The notes under the pieces were generated by a model. It was given only the letters and a program-made list of their open reading frames with translations. It was not told the DNA's origin and made no database searches. The translations under genes and the position numbers were made by a program. From a virus, in IMG/VR virus record IMGVR_UViG_3300038701_001599, positions 1-64,000 of that record: 64,000 nucleotides of DNA. The stretch is one strand, 5' to 3'. Shown one piece after another: positions 15,439 to 24,243 of this stretch (the stretch's first letter is position 1; every line of letters begins with the position of its first letter).

Positions 15439-16487
15439 TGATACAAAAGTATGAGAGCGTCTTCAATAAAACTCCTATAAGTATAGTAGATGTATTTCAA
15501 AATCAAGAATTAGTATTTTATACTTTTTTAGGAGTTTTCCCGAGTCGGGAGGTGAGGACGCTCTCACTTTTTAGGAAAGATAATTCACCAAATTGTAGGT
15601 TTGAATATTTTGACAGTTTATGGTGGTTTGTAGATAATGCTACTTATAAAGATAAATTATATTTTAATTGTATAGAATTAGTTATGTATATGCATGATAT
15701 AGACTTTAAAAGTGCTTTAGAAGTTATAAAATCTAGAATTAATATCAAAGGTAAGACAGAAACTATAAGTGCTCCTATATTTGATAATAAAGATGATTAT
15801 GGTATTAAAATTAAGATTACTTATGATGAGTGGAAAGAGTCTAATTATTTCTCTGATAATTATTTTATTAACCACCATTATTTAAATAGTCAGCCTTATT
15901 ATAATATAAATACTTATTGGACTAATAGTAAAAGTAGCCCAATTTTAAAAAAGAATAAGTTTGGATTACCTAAAAATAGAATAGCTTATTACTTTGAAGA
16001 TAGTAACAAGATAAAGCTTTATTTTCCTGATAATAATTTAAATGATATTAAGTGGTATTCTAATGCTACTGAAAAAGATTTATTTGGATGGCATAGAATA
16101 GGGGATTATTTAATCTCAGAAAACTCTGCATTATTTATAACATCTTCTGGAAAAGACGAGCTTATGATAAATTATTATTTAGATGGGCAGTCTATTGCAT
16201 TACAAGGGGAGACTATATATAAATTACCAGAAGATAAATTATGGATTATTAAATGGTTTGATCCTATTTATATATGGATGGATGCAGACGAAGCAGGAGT
16301 TCGTTGTACTAGAAGACTATCTAAATTCTTAAAAAAAACATTCCCTACTAAAAATATAGTAGAGTTATATCATAATAAAAGAGAAGGAAAAGATATTTCA
16401 GAAATAATAGGTAATACAAATAATGAAAAAAACGCTAAAGAAAGACTAAATAAAATATGGAAAAGCTTAAAAAGGGAGATTCTGTAG
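15438..16487 (+). CDS. DNA primase, TOPRIM (DnaG-like) domain
   Basis: TSSGKDELM (conserved Glu) and IWMDADEAG (DxD..AG) TOPRIM motifs; next to the helicase module. Confidence 0.55.
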   Translation: MIQKYESVFNKTPISIVDVFQNQELVFYTFLGVFPSREVRTLSLFRKDNSPNCRFEYFDSLWWFVDNATYKDKLYFNCIELVMYMHDIDFKSALEVIKSRINIKGKTETISAPIFDNKDDYGIKIKITYDEWKESNYFSDNYFINHHYLNSQPYYNINTYWTNSKSSPILKKNKFGLPKNRIAYYFEDSNKIKLYFPDNNLNDIKWYSNATEKDLFGWHRIGDYLISENSALFITSSGKDELMINYYLDGQSIALQGETIYKLPEDKLWIIKWFDPIYIWMDADEAGVRCTRRLSKFLKKTFPTKNIVELYHNKREGKDISEIIGNTNNEKNAKERLNKIWKSLKREIL

Positions 16488-17212
16488 TAATCTCCAAAAA
16501 ATCATCATATTATGACCCCAGCGGAAGAGACCCAGGTAATCCTATTAATACAATAGGAGTTGTAGAAAACATTAGAGAAAGAGCTACAGATTATAGAATT
16601 GAAGTAAGATGGAAAGGAAGTTTTACAAATAGTTATAGTGATAAAGATCTGGAAAAAGTTGACACTTCTAATATTTTAGAAAAATATGCAAAGTATAAAT
16701 CTATTCCAAGCATAAATGAGATTATGCCTAAAGAAAATAGAGTTGATATTAAAGCTTTATCAGACTTTAACTCTTTTGAAGAAGCAGGATTAGATTATGA
16801 ATCTGCTGCTTTATTATTAAGTAGTTATGAAACAGCTCTTAGAAGACTTGAAGAAAAAAATGAGTTCTTGGAAGAGTTATATAACCAAGAACTACAAAAT
16901 CTAGAAAAAGGCAAAGTTGACAAAATTCCAGAAAAAGGAGAAGATAAAATGAGTGTTTATACTCAATCTCCAGCACCAACTAAATTAAAGTCAAAGTCTC
17001 CAAAAGTCAAAGTTATGGAAGGTGACAATTCTCGTTATAGAACATTTCCTAACGTAAGTACTAGTAGTACTTTAACTTCAGAAGAATACTCGCAAATATT
17101 AAAAACAGTAAGAGAAACGTATGGTAAACCAAATAAACCTACTAATATAGTAGTAGAAGGTGATGAAGAGTCTTATTATCCTGAAGATTTTCTTGAAGAT
17201 GACGAAATATGA
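16457..17212 (+). CDS. Hypothetical protein with acidic C-terminus
   Basis: ORF track; 31-nt overlap with the primase gene. Confidence 0.55.
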   Translation: MEKLKKGDSVVISKKSSYYDPSGRDPGNPINTIGVVENIRERATDYRIEVRWKGSFTNSYSDKDLEKVDTSNILEKYAKYKSIPSINEIMPKENRVDIKALSDFNSFEEAGLDYESAALLLSSYETALRRLEEKNEFLEELYNQELQNLEKGKVDKIPEKGEDKMSVYTQSPAPTKLKSKSPKVKVMEGDNSRYRTFPNVSTSSTLTSEEYSQILKTVRETYGKPNKPTNIVVEGDEESYYPEDFLEDDEI

Positions 17213-17928
17213 GTAAGCTTGAAAAATTAAATATAGACAAAAGTTGGCAAGATATATTAGAACCTTGGGTAGAGTTTAAGGAAGGGAATTTAAAACAAAT
17301 TTTACAATATTTAAAAGGTTTAGAAGTAGCAGGGAAAACAATCTGTCCAGCAGATAAGTACAATATATTTAGAGCTTTTTCCTTGCCTAAAAATAAAGTA
17401 AGAGTAGTTTGGTTATTACAAGACCCATATCCTAACCCAAGATTAACCAACGGAATCGCGTTGTCTGTCCCAAAAGGAGAAATGTCTCCTTCTTTGGAAG
17501 CAGTAAAGGACGAGTTATTTAATTACATTCCAGACTTTACTATAGACGATAGATTTGATGAAACTTTAGAGTTATGGACAGAACAAGGAATTCTTATGTT
17601 AAATAGTGCTTTAACTTGTCAAGCATTTCAACCTAAGTCTCATACAGAAATGTGGTATCCCTTTATTAGCCACGTTATAAAAGAGTTAAATAAAGAGACT
17701 GGACTTATATTCGTATTTTCTGGGAAAGTGGCTCAAACCTTTTCTAAATACGTTACAGGTAATAATCACGTTATAAAAACTTATCGCCCAGCAGCAGACA
17801 AACACAAAAGTTATAAAGATGAAAAATTATTTGTAGGCAATGATTTATTTAAGCAAATAGACGATATTATAGAAAAAACAAATGGTTCTGAATTTAAAAT
17901 CAAATGGTTAAAAGATGAAAGTACTTAA
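17209..17928 (+). CDS. Uracil-DNA glycosylase family-1-like protein with altered C-terminal catalytic loop
   Basis: VRVVWLLQDPYP, GIALSV..PSL and GILMLNSALT align to E. coli Ung. The HPSPLS loop is replaced by YRPAADKH. Confidence 0.65.
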   Translation: MSKLEKLNIDKSWQDILEPWVEFKEGNLKQILQYLKGLEVAGKTICPADKYNIFRAFSLPKNKVRVVWLLQDPYPNPRLTNGIALSVPKGEMSPSLEAVKDELFNYIPDFTIDDRFDETLELWTEQGILMLNSALTCQAFQPKSHTEMWYPFISHVIKELNKETGLIFVFSGKVAQTFSKYVTGNNHVIKTYRPAADKHKSYKDEKLFVGNDLFKQIDDIIEKTNGSEFKIKWLKDEST

Positions 17929-18595
17929 ATACCACGATCATACTGCTTCTGTAGGGTTTAATTTTATAGGAGAGATGGATAATCTTAATCCTAACCCAGA
18001 TTTAATTATTTTTACAGGAGGAGCAGATGTAAATCCAGGATTATACGGAGAAAAAAAGCATCCTTATACTGTAGTTAACTTGGAAAGGGATAAGTTAGAC
18101 TTAGAAAAATTTGCTGAATTTAGAACTACCCCTAAACTTATGATTTGTAGAGGAGCACAGTTTGGGTGTGTTATGGCAGGAGGTAAACTTATTCAACATG
18201 TATCAGGTCATGGGTTAAGAAGTACTCATGAAATAGAAACTTTTGATGGAAAGAAACTAGAAATTACTTCTACGCATCACCAAATGATGTATCCTTGGGA
18301 TGTAAAGAATCATTATATATTAGCCCATACTTTTAACCTTTCTGATACTTATCAAGGAGAAAATGAAGAAGAAATATTCAAGGCTGTAGAGTTACATAAA
18401 AAAGGAAAAGTAGTAAAGCCTCTTATTACAGAACCAGAAATTGTTTATTTTCCTGATATTAAAGCATTGTGTGTTCAAGGACATCCAGAGTATTATAATT
18501 GTCCTCAAGAAACTAAAGATTATATAAAGTTTCTAACTAAAAAACTCGTAGAAGATGAATTGGAGGACTATATTTGGTCTAAAGAAGAAGCCTAA
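17915..18595 (+). CDS. Class-I glutamine amidotransferase-like / peptidase C26 (gamma-glutamyl hydrolase family), copy 1
   Basis: FTGGADVNPGLYGE, LMICRGAQFGCVMAGG (nucleophile Cys), THHQMM, VQGHPEY. Confidence 0.7.
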   Translation: MKVLKYHDHTASVGFNFIGEMDNLNPNPDLIIFTGGADVNPGLYGEKKHPYTVVNLERDKLDLEKFAEFRTTPKLMICRGAQFGCVMAGGKLIQHVSGHGLRSTHEIETFDGKKLEITSTHHQMMYPWDVKNHYILAHTFNLSDTYQGENEEEIFKAVELHKKGKVVKPLITEPEIVYFPDIKALCVQGHPEYYNCPQETKDYIKFLTKKLVEDELEDYIWSKEEA

Positions 18596-18641
18596 AAAGG
18601 GCAAACTGATAAAAAACATTAAATTTTTACATAAATTAAAA

Positions 18642-19430
18642 ATGACAGAAATGAGTAAACCACTAATTGGAGTATTAGCACACAATCATAACGCACAAAC
18701 TTTAGGATTTGGTAGTAATGCAGCTTATATTGAATTTGCAAGAAAATTTGGTAATGTAGTCTTAATTGACCCTGTTAATCCTGACCCTCTTCCTATTAAC
18801 TTGCTACTTCTTCCGGGAGGTAGAGATGTTAATCCAGTACGTTATGGAGATGCTCCTAGTATTTATACACAGCCTAGTGACCCTCAGTATGAGTGGTTTT
18901 ATACTCAAGTATTCCATAAGTATGTAGAGCTTGCTAGTAAAAACAAGCTGGCTATATATGGCATTTGCGCAGGATTTCAGAATTTGAACGTTGTATTTGG
19001 AGGAAAGATTAATCAAGATATTGACCAAGTACAATCTACAAAATGGAGAGGTGAGTTAGTAGATGATTTGCAGTTATTTGCAGAGCATCAACTATTTGAA
19101 GTACCTGAACATTGGATTACAGGCAAACGTAGCAGTCGTATTAGTAATACTACTATTTCTAATAGTTGGCTAAAGACAAATTCTATTCACCACCAAGGCG
19201 TATTTGACCACACTGTATTAAAGAAAAGTTTTATTGATAGAATCCCTTATAAGCATACTATGAGTCCAGAAATGGTTACTTTAGCTATTAATAAAGACTT
19301 TGGTAATGTAGAAGTAATGCGACATAAGTCTTTGCCTATTATTGCAGAACAAGCACATCCAGAAGAAAGAACTGACCCTGTTTATACAAATATGCTTATT
19401 AATTATTTGCTAGAAAAAGTAATGGGATGA
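18642..19430 (+). CDS. Class-I glutamine amidotransferase-like / peptidase C26, copy 2
   Basis: LPGGRDVNPVRYGD, IYGICAGFQNLNVVFGG, IHHQGV, EQAHPEE. Start moved to ATG 18642 to avoid a 41-nt overlap. Confidence 0.7.
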   Translation: MTEMSKPLIGVLAHNHNAQTLGFGSNAAYIEFARKFGNVVLIDPVNPDPLPINLLLLPGGRDVNPVRYGDAPSIYTQPSDPQYEWFYTQVFHKYVELASKNKLAIYGICAGFQNLNVVFGGKINQDIDQVQSTKWRGELVDDLQLFAEHQLFEVPEHWITGKRSSRISNTTISNSWLKTNSIHHQGVFDHTVLKKSFIDRIPYKHTMSPEMVTLAINKDFGNVEVMRHKSLPIIAEQAHPEERTDPVYTNMLINYLLEKVMG

Positions 19431-19774
19431 TAAGGGTTAGCTCAACTCAACAAGTATTACTTGTTTTATTTTTATTGTCTTCTTTGGGTTTATACTTTTC
19501 TGATTTTAGTGATGAAGCCCCTACTAGAATATTTTTAATAAGTTCTTTTTCAGTTATGGTTTTTATATCTATTATAATAATTACTGTTATAGGGTATGCA
19601 TCAGAAGGCCCTGATTTAGAATTTAAAATGCCGCATTTATATATTGCAGACTACTTTAAAGAAAAAAAGCAAGAAAAAGAAAAGAAAGCTAAATTATATG
19701 ATGCTTTATATCACGCGAAAACAAAAGAAGAAATTGATTTAATTAATAAAAAATTAGAACATCTTGAAAATTAA
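19427..19774 (+). CDS. Two-TM membrane protein with K/E-rich tail
   Basis: Hydrophobic segments VLLVLFLLSSLGLYF and IFLISSFSVMVFISIIIITVIGY; coupled on both sides. Confidence 0.55.
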   Translation: MIRVSSTQQVLLVLFLLSSLGLYFSDFSDEAPTRIFLISSFSVMVFISIIIITVIGYASEGPDLEFKMPHLYIADYFKEKKQEKEKKAKLYDALYHAKTKEEIDLINKKLEHLEN

Positions 19775-20588
19775 CAATCCAACTTTTGGCACTGACTTTG
19801 AAATGTTTTTGAAGGATAAAAAAGACAATTTTATTAGTGCTATAGGACGTATTGGCGGTACTAAAGAAGAACCGCTATCTATTGGAGAGAGGTGCTTTCG
19901 TCAAGAAGATAATGTAGCAGCAGAGTTTAATATTCCTCCTGTTAATAATAAGAAAGACTGGGAATATTATATAGATTATTGTATTAATAAAGTACAATCT
20001 GACATTTTAGATGCTCAGGATTTAAATTTAGTTGCTGAGTCTGCAGCCTATTTTTCAGAAGAGCAGTTAAATCATCCTAAAGCCCAAGAGTTTGGTTGTA
20101 CTCCAAGTTTTAATGCATGGAGTGGTAGTACTTATCATATTAGAAAAACTGAGAATACTCTTAGAACTACAGGATTTCATTTACATGTAGGATTTAATTA
20201 TGATCCTGAAGGAGATTTGACTCTTCAGGATGTATTTGAACTTATGAAATATTTTGACCTTTACTTAGGTGTACCTTCAATTTTAATTGAACCTGCTAAT
20301 GCGCGGCGGGAGCTTTATGGAAAAGCTGGTGATTGTAGAGCTAAAGATATAGCAGAAAAGAATTTACTTATTGTAGAATATAGAACACTGGGAGGTTATA
20401 TGCTTAACTATAAAGGTTGGGTATACGACCAAATGATGAAGGCAATAGAAGCTTTTGAAAAGAAAGAAGAGTTGAATCCTGCTATTGAGGATGCTATTAA
20501 TCAGTCCAATATTCAACTTGCAAAACAAATTGTAAAAGATTACAAAATTAAACTACCTGAACATGTCAGCAGTACAGTCAATGCCTAA
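19764..20588 (+). CDS. Glutamine-synthetase-fold COOH-NH2 ligase (phiEco32-like type-2 amidoligase)
   Basis: FGTDFEMF (G.E.E-type motif), GFHLHVGF, RRELYGKAGDCR, EYRTLGG. The TTG start is required because the first ATG lies after the FGTDFE motif. Confidence 0.6.
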   Translation: MKINNPTFGTDFEMFLKDKKDNFISAIGRIGGTKEEPLSIGERCFRQEDNVAAEFNIPPVNNKKDWEYYIDYCINKVQSDILDAQDLNLVAESAAYFSEEQLNHPKAQEFGCTPSFNAWSGSTYHIRKTENTLRTTGFHLHVGFNYDPEGDLTLQDVFELMKYFDLYLGVPSILIEPANARRELYGKAGDCRAKDIAEKNLLIVEYRTLGGYMLNYKGWVYDQMMKAIEAFEKKEELNPAIEDAINQSNIQLAKQIVKDYKIKLPEHVSSTVNA

Positions 20589-20976
20589 AGTAGCAGATGT
20601 TAAAACAACAAGAGTATTTGTATATGGTACTCTTAGAGTAGGACAAGATAATTATAAGTATCTACTAAAAGATAAAGCAGGAGCTAATTATTTGGGGCAA
20701 AGTACTATTAGGGGTTATAAAATGGTAAGCCTTGGTGGGTTTCCTGCTATTTTTAATACTGGAAATGAAGAAGATATTATCATAGGGGATGTATTTGATG
20801 TTAATGAAGAAGTAAATTCTAATCTTGATAGGTTGGAAGGATACCCTGGCTGGTATGACAAAGTAGAAGTAGAAACCAATGATTATGGCAAAGCTTTTGT
20901 TTATACAATGGATAAAGTCAGAGATAGTGAAAATCTTATTGAAAATGGAGATTGGGTAGACTATTATGGAAGCTAA
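20563..20976 (+). CDS. Gamma-glutamyl cyclotransferase, AIG2/GGACT-like
   Basis: RVFVYGTLRVGQDNY ... LDRLEGYPGWYDK, typical of the GGCT fold. Confidence 0.7.
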   Translation: MSAVQSMPKVADVKTTRVFVYGTLRVGQDNYKYLLKDKAGANYLGQSTIRGYKMVSLGGFPAIFNTGNEEDIIIGDVFDVNEEVNSNLDRLEGYPGWYDKVEVETNDYGKAFVYTMDKVRDSENLIENGDWVDYYGS

Positions 20977-21184
20977 AGTACAAAAAGATAAAAATAATAA
21001 TGAGTACCATGGATTGGTAGTAGAAGACGGTAAAGAAATTTATCGTACTTCTACTACTAGTCTAGATTTTAATACTGCTTATACAAGAGCTTTAAATTGG
21101 ATGAGAGCCTTTATAAAAGACAGAAGAGAAAAAGCAATAAATAATTCTAAGAGGGTAAAAAAGTATCGTAATAAAAATAAATAA
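20966..21184 (+). CDS. Small basic protein, coupled to the ATP-grasp gene
   Basis: ORF track; 72 aa with K/R-rich C-terminus. Its stop overlaps the ATP-grasp start (TAATG). Confidence 0.5.
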   Translation: MEAKVQKDKNNNEYHGLVVEDGKEIYRTSTTSLDFNTAYTRALNWMRAFIKDRREKAINNSKRVKKYRNKNK

Positions 21185-22026
21185 TGGCAATTAAATGGAA
21201 ACAAGGGTATGTGAGGGTGTTTAGCAGACATCCTTCACATAATCCTCTCAGAAACGCAATAAAAACATTAGGGAAAAGAGTAATTCTTAGGCTAGGTAGT
21301 GTTACTAGCCCTAATTATATGCCTGATATTGAGATTAATACTGTAGAGAGTATAGAAAATACTAAGAATAAGTATACTATGAAGAAATTATTTCAGTCTG
21401 CAGGAGTACATTCTCCTAATTTTTATCCTTTGTTTAATACTCACGCTGGACATTGGGTAGATGGAGAGTTTAAACATATTAGTTTTAAAGATTTAAGTAA
21501 TATTTTACCTTACCCAGTTCTAGCTAAGAAAACTTATCGTAGTAGAGGAATGGGTATGATGAAATTAAATAATCAAGAAGAATTTCTAGAATTTATAGAA
21601 GAAAAAGTTACTAATAACAGACGGCATGAAGCTAATCCTTATTATTTAGAAGAATTTAAGAATTATATTAAAGAGTATAGAATTCATGTTAGTGAGTTAG
21701 GAAATTATTTTTATACTTGTAGAAAAGTATTAAGACAAGAATTTGCAGGAACAGACAATAACTGGTATCGAAATGATGCTAATAGTAATTGGTTGTTAGA
21801 AAGTAATGAAGCTTTTGATAAGCCAGATAATTGGGACGACATTGTAAAAGATTGTCAGAAAGCCAGAGAAACATTAGGACTAAGTATATGTGCTATGGAT
21901 GTAAAAGTAACTAAAGATGGAAGGTGGGCTATTTTAGAGGCTAACTCAGCACCTAGTTTTGGAGACGTTACTGTAGAAAAATATCTGTTAGAAATTACTA
22001 AGATTATCTTTAGTAAAAATAATTAA
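21184..22026 (+). CDS. ATP-grasp ligase, RimK-like
   Basis: PVLAKKTYRSRGMGM, YLEEFKNYIKEYRIHV, AMDVKVTKDGRWAILEANSAPSF. Confidence 0.65.
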   Translation: MAIKWKQGYVRVFSRHPSHNPLRNAIKTLGKRVILRLGSVTSPNYMPDIEINTVESIENTKNKYTMKKLFQSAGVHSPNFYPLFNTHAGHWVDGEFKHISFKDLSNILPYPVLAKKTYRSRGMGMMKLNNQEEFLEFIEEKVTNNRRHEANPYYLEEFKNYIKEYRIHVSELGNYFYTCRKVLRQEFAGTDNNWYRNDANSNWLLESNEAFDKPDNWDDIVKDCQKARETLGLSICAMDVKVTKDGRWAILEANSAPSFGDVTVEKYLLEITKIIFSKNN

Positions 22027-22057
22027 TTTAATAACAAAGTAAAACTAAAGAAAAAAT

Positions 22058-24223
22058 ATGTGTAATTTATCTGGATATATAGGGAAGAATCCTAATATAG
22101 ACAAGTTAAAGCTATTATTAGCTTTAGGAAGAACAAGAGGTACAGATAGCGTAGGCATTAATATTAATGGAGAGGTAGAAAAAGCTGTAAGTAAAAACTA
22201 CTTAAAGCACGGAGATTCTTTAGAGTTTATTCCAGAAAATTACTATCTTTATAAAGAGTTAGTTAAACCAGGAGAATATAATATTATTATGCAGCATAAC
22301 AGGAAAAAAAGTAGTGGTTTAGTTAAATTAGAAGCTGCTCATCCCTACGTTATTGAGTACGAGAAAGAAGACGGCAGCAAGCATAATTTATATTTTATGC
22401 ACAACGGTACTATTACAAATATTCACCAATTGTGCCGTAAATTCGGCTATACTGCTAGTGATTACGAAACAGACTCAGAAGCACTAGCATATTTAATTTT
22501 AGAAAATGGTGCTGAAGCAGTATTGCCTTGGTATGAAGGTGGGGCTGCCTTGGTTTGGTACTATGATGAAGATCCTAAAACAGTTTATATGTGGAAAGGA
22601 GCAAGTCCTAAAACATATGGCAATTATTATAGTGCTTATCAAAGTACTACTGAATTAGAAGAAGAGAGGCCTCTTCATTATTTTCATATGGATGACGGAA
22701 CTTACTTTTCTTCTCTACAAGAACATATGCACGCTATAAATGATGGTAGATTAAATTATGATGAGAATCCAGTTTATATGATTTCAAATAATAATTTATG
22801 TAAGTTTGTAGATGGGCAGATGGTAAATTCAAAGCTTATAGAAAGAAAGACTATTCCTGTAGCAAAACCAAAGACTGTAGCTTCAACAGCTACTAATTAC
22901 TATAGCAGTAAAACAGAGTTTAACAAAGACTTTGATTCAAGTAGTCCGGCTAATAACCGAATTTCTTTTAATGGGTATTCTTATCAACACGAAATTAGAA
23001 GAACTACTTCTTCTACGTTTAAGAAAGCAGATGGTGTATACAGTCTAGACATTAATGGTTATATAACAGCAGCATCAGAGAAAAAGCATGTTAAACTGTT
23101 TTACTTTATTAACGGCTATTTAATAAAAGATGCAGACACTTATACCGTTCTAAGAGAAAAGAAAGCTAATAGTGCAGACTTGGAAGATGTACATCATCTT
23201 TCCTGTTGGTCTGATATGTCTGGAAACAGATATTATAATGGACAAAAAATAGAAGGAAAACTTATCAAACCTTTATTTAGTGATGTTTATATTCAAATAG
23301 GAAAATATGGTAACTTCCTATCTGCACTAAAGTTTGATAGGGCTTTAAGAGAAGGCTTGCTTTCTACAGATCAGCTTGCCTTTGAGTTCTTTTGCGATTG
23401 CTATCATTTAAGTCCTGCAGCAGCACATCCTTATACAGTTAATACTTATGCTAAAAAAGACTTAGGTTGGGAAGACTTTACTATAGATTATTTTAGATAC
23501 TATCTTCCTGCAAATAAAAAACCCCACGAGATTAATCAAAAGTATAAAGATGCTTATGAAAATTTCATGAATTCTAGTCTAGATAAAGAAAAACCTACTT
23601 TGTTATTGCCTACAAAAGAAACAAAAGAAGTTAAAGACACTAAGAAGACAAAAGATGAGGAAAGACAGAAATTTTATGAAGATTTATTTGGACTAGATGA
23701 AGACGACGAAGACGATCTTGCTTCTTTTAACGAAACTTTTAAACAAAGATTTGTTGATAAAACCCAAGCTAATACTTGGTATTATATTTACAGAACAAAG
23801 TTAAAGTATCAGTATAATCCAAATTGGGGGCTTGATGAGTTTTGGATAACACAATATAAAGAAAATAGTAAAAATTATACAGAGGGAAATAAAAAAGAAA
23901 AATCAGATACAAAAGGAGAAAAAGTTATTAAAGCAAAGTCTAAGAGAAAAAGTGGAAAAGTAGTGAATTTAAATGATAACAATTATGACTTACCTTTTGG
24001 TTATGAAGACTCAGTTGTAGCTGGTTTAGAAGAGCAAAATCTATTAGATCAGGCAGAAGAATTATTTTTAAAAGATTATGATGATTTATTAGATAAGCAT
24101 GTAGAAATTTATAACTCATATTATGAATTTAATTTTGGATATGAGGATAACTCTACTAAAGAAAAATGGGAAAGATTAGATGCCAGCAGAAAAATATTAG
24201 AGGGACGCATTACAATTGAATAA
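22058..24223 (+). CDS. Class-II (Ntn) glutamine amidotransferase domain fused to an uncharacterised C-terminal region of about 480 aa
   Basis: MCNLSGYIG (Cys2 nucleophile), HNRKKSSG, FMHNGTITN, TDSEAL. The remainder has no recognised motif and includes K/E/D-rich stretches. Confidence 0.65.
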   Translation: MCNLSGYIGKNPNIDKLKLLLALGRTRGTDSVGININGEVEKAVSKNYLKHGDSLEFIPENYYLYKELVKPGEYNIIMQHNRKKSSGLVKLEAAHPYVIEYEKEDGSKHNLYFMHNGTITNIHQLCRKFGYTASDYETDSEALAYLILENGAEAVLPWYEGGAALVWYYDEDPKTVYMWKGASPKTYGNYYSAYQSTTELEEERPLHYFHMDDGTYFSSLQEHMHAINDGRLNYDENPVYMISNNNLCKFVDGQMVNSKLIERKTIPVAKPKTVASTATNYYSSKTEFNKDFDSSSPANNRISFNGYSYQHEIRRTTSSTFKKADGVYSLDINGYITAASEKKHVKLFYFINGYLIKDADTYTVLREKKANSADLEDVHHLSCWSDMSGNRYYNGQKIEGKLIKPLFSDVYIQIGKYGNFLSALKFDRALREGLLSTDQLAFEFFCDCYHLSPAAAHPYTVNTYAKKDLGWEDFTIDYFRYYLPANKKPHEINQKYKDAYENFMNSSLDKEKPTLLLPTKETKEVKDTKKTKDEERQKFYEDLFGLDEDDEDDLASFNETFKQRFVDKTQANTWYYIYRTKLKYQYNPNWGLDEFWITQYKENSKNYTEGNKKEKSDTKGEKVIKAKSKRKSGKVVNLNDNNYDLPFGYEDSVVAGLEEQNLLDQAEELFLKDYDDLLDKHVEIYNSYYEFNFGYEDNSTKEKWERLDASRKILEGRITIE

Positions 24224-24243
24224 TTATAAAATAAAAATAAATA

